A stretch of DNA of 64,000 nucleotides from Mobula hypostoma. Its lineage: Eukaryota. Of this stretch, positions 60,736 to 64,000 are shown piece after piece (the stretch's first letter is position 1; each line of letters opens with the position of its first letter). A model generated the notes under the pieces. It ran no database searches. It saw only the letters and a program-made list of their open reading frames with translations, and was not told the DNA's origin. The position numbers and the translations under genes are program-made. The DNA is taken from assembly GCF_963921235.1 (NCBI RefSeq), contig NC_086097.1:208260001-208324000 (forward strand), written 5' to 3'.

Positions 60736-61034
60736 AGTACTTGGAGTTCACTGCCCAGAAGAGGGTTTAAAGAAGGGTACAACGTCTCTAGATAAGCACT
60801 TTAAGTGCTTAGGCACATGAGCCGAGTTCTGGGGAATGTGACTGGTGCAGACTGTTGCCCAGTGGTTGGTGTGAATGTGGTGGGCCATATGGTCAATGGC
60901 TATGCTTTACGTCTCTATGACTCCATAACTTTAATCGCCTGAACTTCCAGACTCAGAGATTTGCAGATCTTCTTATGACCATTACAGTTTTCAATGTAAA
61001 AGCATAGAAAAGGCTTGGAACACTAGAATGCTTC

Positions 61035-61200
61035 CTAAAGAAACCTTCCTCCCACATTCCAAAGGTGTACTGGTTAGTAGGTTAATTGTTCATTGTAAAT
61101 TGTCCTGTGATTAAGCTAGGGGTAAACAGCTGGGTTGCTGGATGATGTGGCTCATTAGGGCCGGAACGGCATGCTCTGTGCTGTATCTCTAAATAAATAA
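61035..61200 (+). mobile_element. SINE 3' half
   Basis: ttcctcccacattccaaag...taaattgtcc...(aaat)n, as in 30727-31003. Confidence 0.7.
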
Positions 61201-62319
61201 CTGCTACTTGTCTTGTGTAGTATGAATGAAAAATCCTACTGCTTGCTTTGCCAATTTGTAATATTAAATAGAGCGAAAAATCAAACTTGCTCAAAGTCAC
61301 ACGGTTGTAAATGTGCAAGCTATGCTAACTATATTAATAGAAATATATCTTTATGCTTATCTATTTTTAGTGACTGCAGTCTAAATGTTTTTTGAAAAAT
61401 CTAAAAATTTTTAATACACCTACTAGTCTGAAAAATCAAGGTTTACCGTTTTGGACTGCAAGGAATAGATAAATGCAGTTCCATCACAGTAGTGAGAAGG
61501 CCTTATTTCTTGTTTTCTACTAGTTCCATTATATTTGTCAGTATTTTGTTGGACATTGTTTTCAGTTAAATACTTTGATTTATATTTTGTTATTACTATT
61601 TGAAAATTGATTGTAGAGGGAGATTGCTGCACATAAAGTGAACAGGACATGTCAGGCCTGAAATAAATTTGATGAAGTCTGGAGTAAAAGAAGCAAAACT
61701 GAGAGTAAAAGGAAGAAAGGTACTGCACAACATTATAACAAAAAAAACGAAGCTTTGCCATAATCTCTAAAGAAACTGAGGATTGATAGCTCACTCCCAT
61801 GTGGGTGTTAAATAACGAGAATCATCAATAGTTCTGTCTTCTATTTTCTAAAAGATACCTAAAAGCCACCCAAGGATAAAATACATACCTAAACAAATTC
61901 TGTTAAGTTCCGTGCGCTGTACTCCAATGAATGGATGCCATATGCAGTTGGAAATTCCAAATATCATATCTTAACAATATTTCAACCAACAAACTATTCT
62001 GTGGTAGTAAATTTAGAAGGAATTGTTAAGTTTTTCTATCCAGTTTTTCCATTTCAGCTTGCTCCCTGTATATTGGAATCAAGTCACCATAGTGGGTCGA
62101 AGGTTAGTATTACTTAGGAGAAATGTATCTAAGTATAATATCCATAAATTTCATTACTAAATGCTAAACCGAAGAAAATAACTGCAATAAAAAGTGAATA
62201 TACTCTTGTACACCTTGTGCCTTTAAAGTAATGTGTATAAATAGAATAGAATTGTAAATATATTATTATTAAATTTCTGCTAATAATAGCAATGCTAGAT
62301 ATATATAGAAATATATTAA

Positions 62320-62509
62320 AATATATATAGAACTAACAAGATTGGGAAAAGGAACTCAATTTGACTTTTATGACGGAGGATTGGATGTGGATTCTGAAGC
62401 TGGTTAACTCTTCTTCGATCTGTGCTAGTCATTCACCAATTCAATTTTGCTTACTTCGATGTACTCGTGTTATTTTTTGAATAATAATAATAATAAAAAG
62501 ATTTGAAAA
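62320..62509 (+). mobile_element. L1/Tx1-like ORF2 C-terminal fragment
   Basis: DWEKELNLTFMTEDWMWILKLVNSSSICASHSPIQF; A-rich tail; flanked by duplicated agatatatatagaaatata. Confidence 0.65.
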
Positions 62510-62522
62510 GATATATATATAT

Positions 62523-63263
62523 AGAAATATAGAAACATAGAAAACCTACAGCACAATATAGGCCCTTTGGCCCACAAAGTTGTGCCGAACATGTCCCTAC
62601 CTTAGAAATTACTAGGCTTACCCATAGCCCTCTATTTTTCTAAGCTCCACGTACCTATCCAAAAGTCTCTTAAAAGACCCTGTCGTATCCACCTCCACCA
62701 CCATTGCCGGCAGCCCATTCCACGCACTCACCACTCTCTGTGTAAAAAACTTACCCCTGACATCTCCTCTGTACCTACTCTCCAGCACCTTAAACCTGTG
62801 TCCTCTTGTGGCAATCATTTCAGCCCTGGGAAAAAGCCTCTGACTATCCACACGATCAATGCCTCTCATCATCTTATACACCTCTATCAGGTCACCTCTC
62901 ATCCTCCTCCGCTCCAAGGAGAAAAGGCCGAGTTCAGTCAACCTGTTTTCATAAGGCATGCTTCCCAAACCAGGCAACATCCTTGTAAATCTCCTCTGCA
63001 TCCTTTCTATGGCTTCCATATCCTTCCTGTAGTGAGGCGACCAGAACTGAACACAGTACTCCAAGTGGGGTCTGACCAGGGTCCTATATAGCTGCAACAT
63101 TACCCCTCAGCTTTTAAACTCAGTCCACGATTGATGAAGGCCAATGCACCGTATGCCTTCTTAACCACAGAGTCAACCTGCGCAGCTGCTTTCAGTGTCC
63201 TGTGGTCTCGGATCCCAAGATCCGTCTGATCTTCCACACTGCCAAGAGTCTTACCATTAATTC
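62523..63263 (-). mobile_element. Young CR1-like 3' part
   Basis: Open 160-aa C-terminal ORF 62618..63100. Confidence 0.92.
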
Positions 63264-63265
63264 TA

Positions 63266-64000
63266 CAGTGGCATGCAAATGTTTGGGCACCCCTGGTCAA
63301 AATTTCTGTTACTGTGAATAGCTAAGCAAGTAAAAGATGAACTGATTTCCAAAAGGCATAAAATTAAAGATGACACATTTCTTTAATATTTTAAGCAAAA
63401 AACTTTTTTTTTATTTCCATCTTTTACAGTTTCAAAATAAAAAAGGAAAAGAGCCCGATGCAAAAGTTTGGGCACTCTGCATGGCAGTACTTAGTAACAC
63501 CCCCTTTGGCAAGTATCACAGCTTGTAAACGCTTTTTGTAGCTAGCTAAAAGTCTTTCAATTCTTGCTTGGGGGATTTTTACCCATTCGTCCTTGCAAAA
63601 GGCTTCACGTTCTGTGAGGTTCTTGGCCGTCTTGCATGCACTGCTCTTTTGAGGTCTATCCACAGATTCTCAATGATGTTTAGGTCGGTGGACTGTGAGG
63701 ACCGTGGCAAAACCTTCAGCTTGCACCTCTTGAGGTAGTCCATTGTGGATTTTGAGGTGTGCTTCGGATCATTATCCTGTTGTAGAAGCCATCCTTTTTT
63801 CATCTTCGGCTTTTTTACAGACAGTGTAATGTTTGCTTCCAGGATTTGCTGGTATTTAATTGAATTCATTCTTCCCTCTACCAGTAAATGTTCCCCATGT
63901 TCATACCTTTGCCCAAAGCATGATTGATCCACCCCTGTGCTTAACAGTTGGAGAGGTGTTCGTTTCATGAAATTCTGCACCTTTTTTTCTCCAAACATAC
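63266..64000 (-). mobile_element. Tc1 (IR/DR type) DNA transposon, runs off the window
   Basis: TA then CAGTGGCATGCAAATGTTTGGGCAC; inner direct repeat at about 63460; QQDNDPKHTSK..SQSTDLNIIENLW (DD34E). Confidence 0.92.

Noticed and set aside
61673..61726. ATG...AAG|gtactg as an alternative RGS20 exon
   Set aside because: A phase-0 donor is incompatible with the phase-2 acceptor expected next, and the donor is weak.

Overview
Eukaryotic, vertebrate DNA. The repeat content (CR1-like and Rex1/Babar LINEs, V-SINE-like SINEs, Penelope-like fold-back repeats) suggests a cartilaginous fish such as a ray; this is an inference. The only host coding exon I can support is a 149-bp + strand exon at 51123-51271 encoding PMGSERMEMRKRQ...GSNACCFCWCCCCSCS, the cysteine-string exon of RGS20. 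The rest looks like intron or upstream sequence filled with decayed, often nested transposons: CR1, Rex1/Babar, RTE, L1/Tx1, Gypsy, a solo LTR, Tc1, Chapaev3-like, a Harbinger MITE and Tigger. The most interesting signal is a dispersed family of short Penelope-like fold-back insertions with 10-22 bp target-site duplications. They carry a minimal type I hammerhead ribozyme motif (AGUC-CUGANGA-A-GGG-loop-CCC-GAA-ACGU-H-GACU) with a palindromic ACGU in place of stem III, and the copy at 10597-10630 has an intact core. Repeat boundaries are read by eye and approximate unless TSDs or TIRs are quoted.
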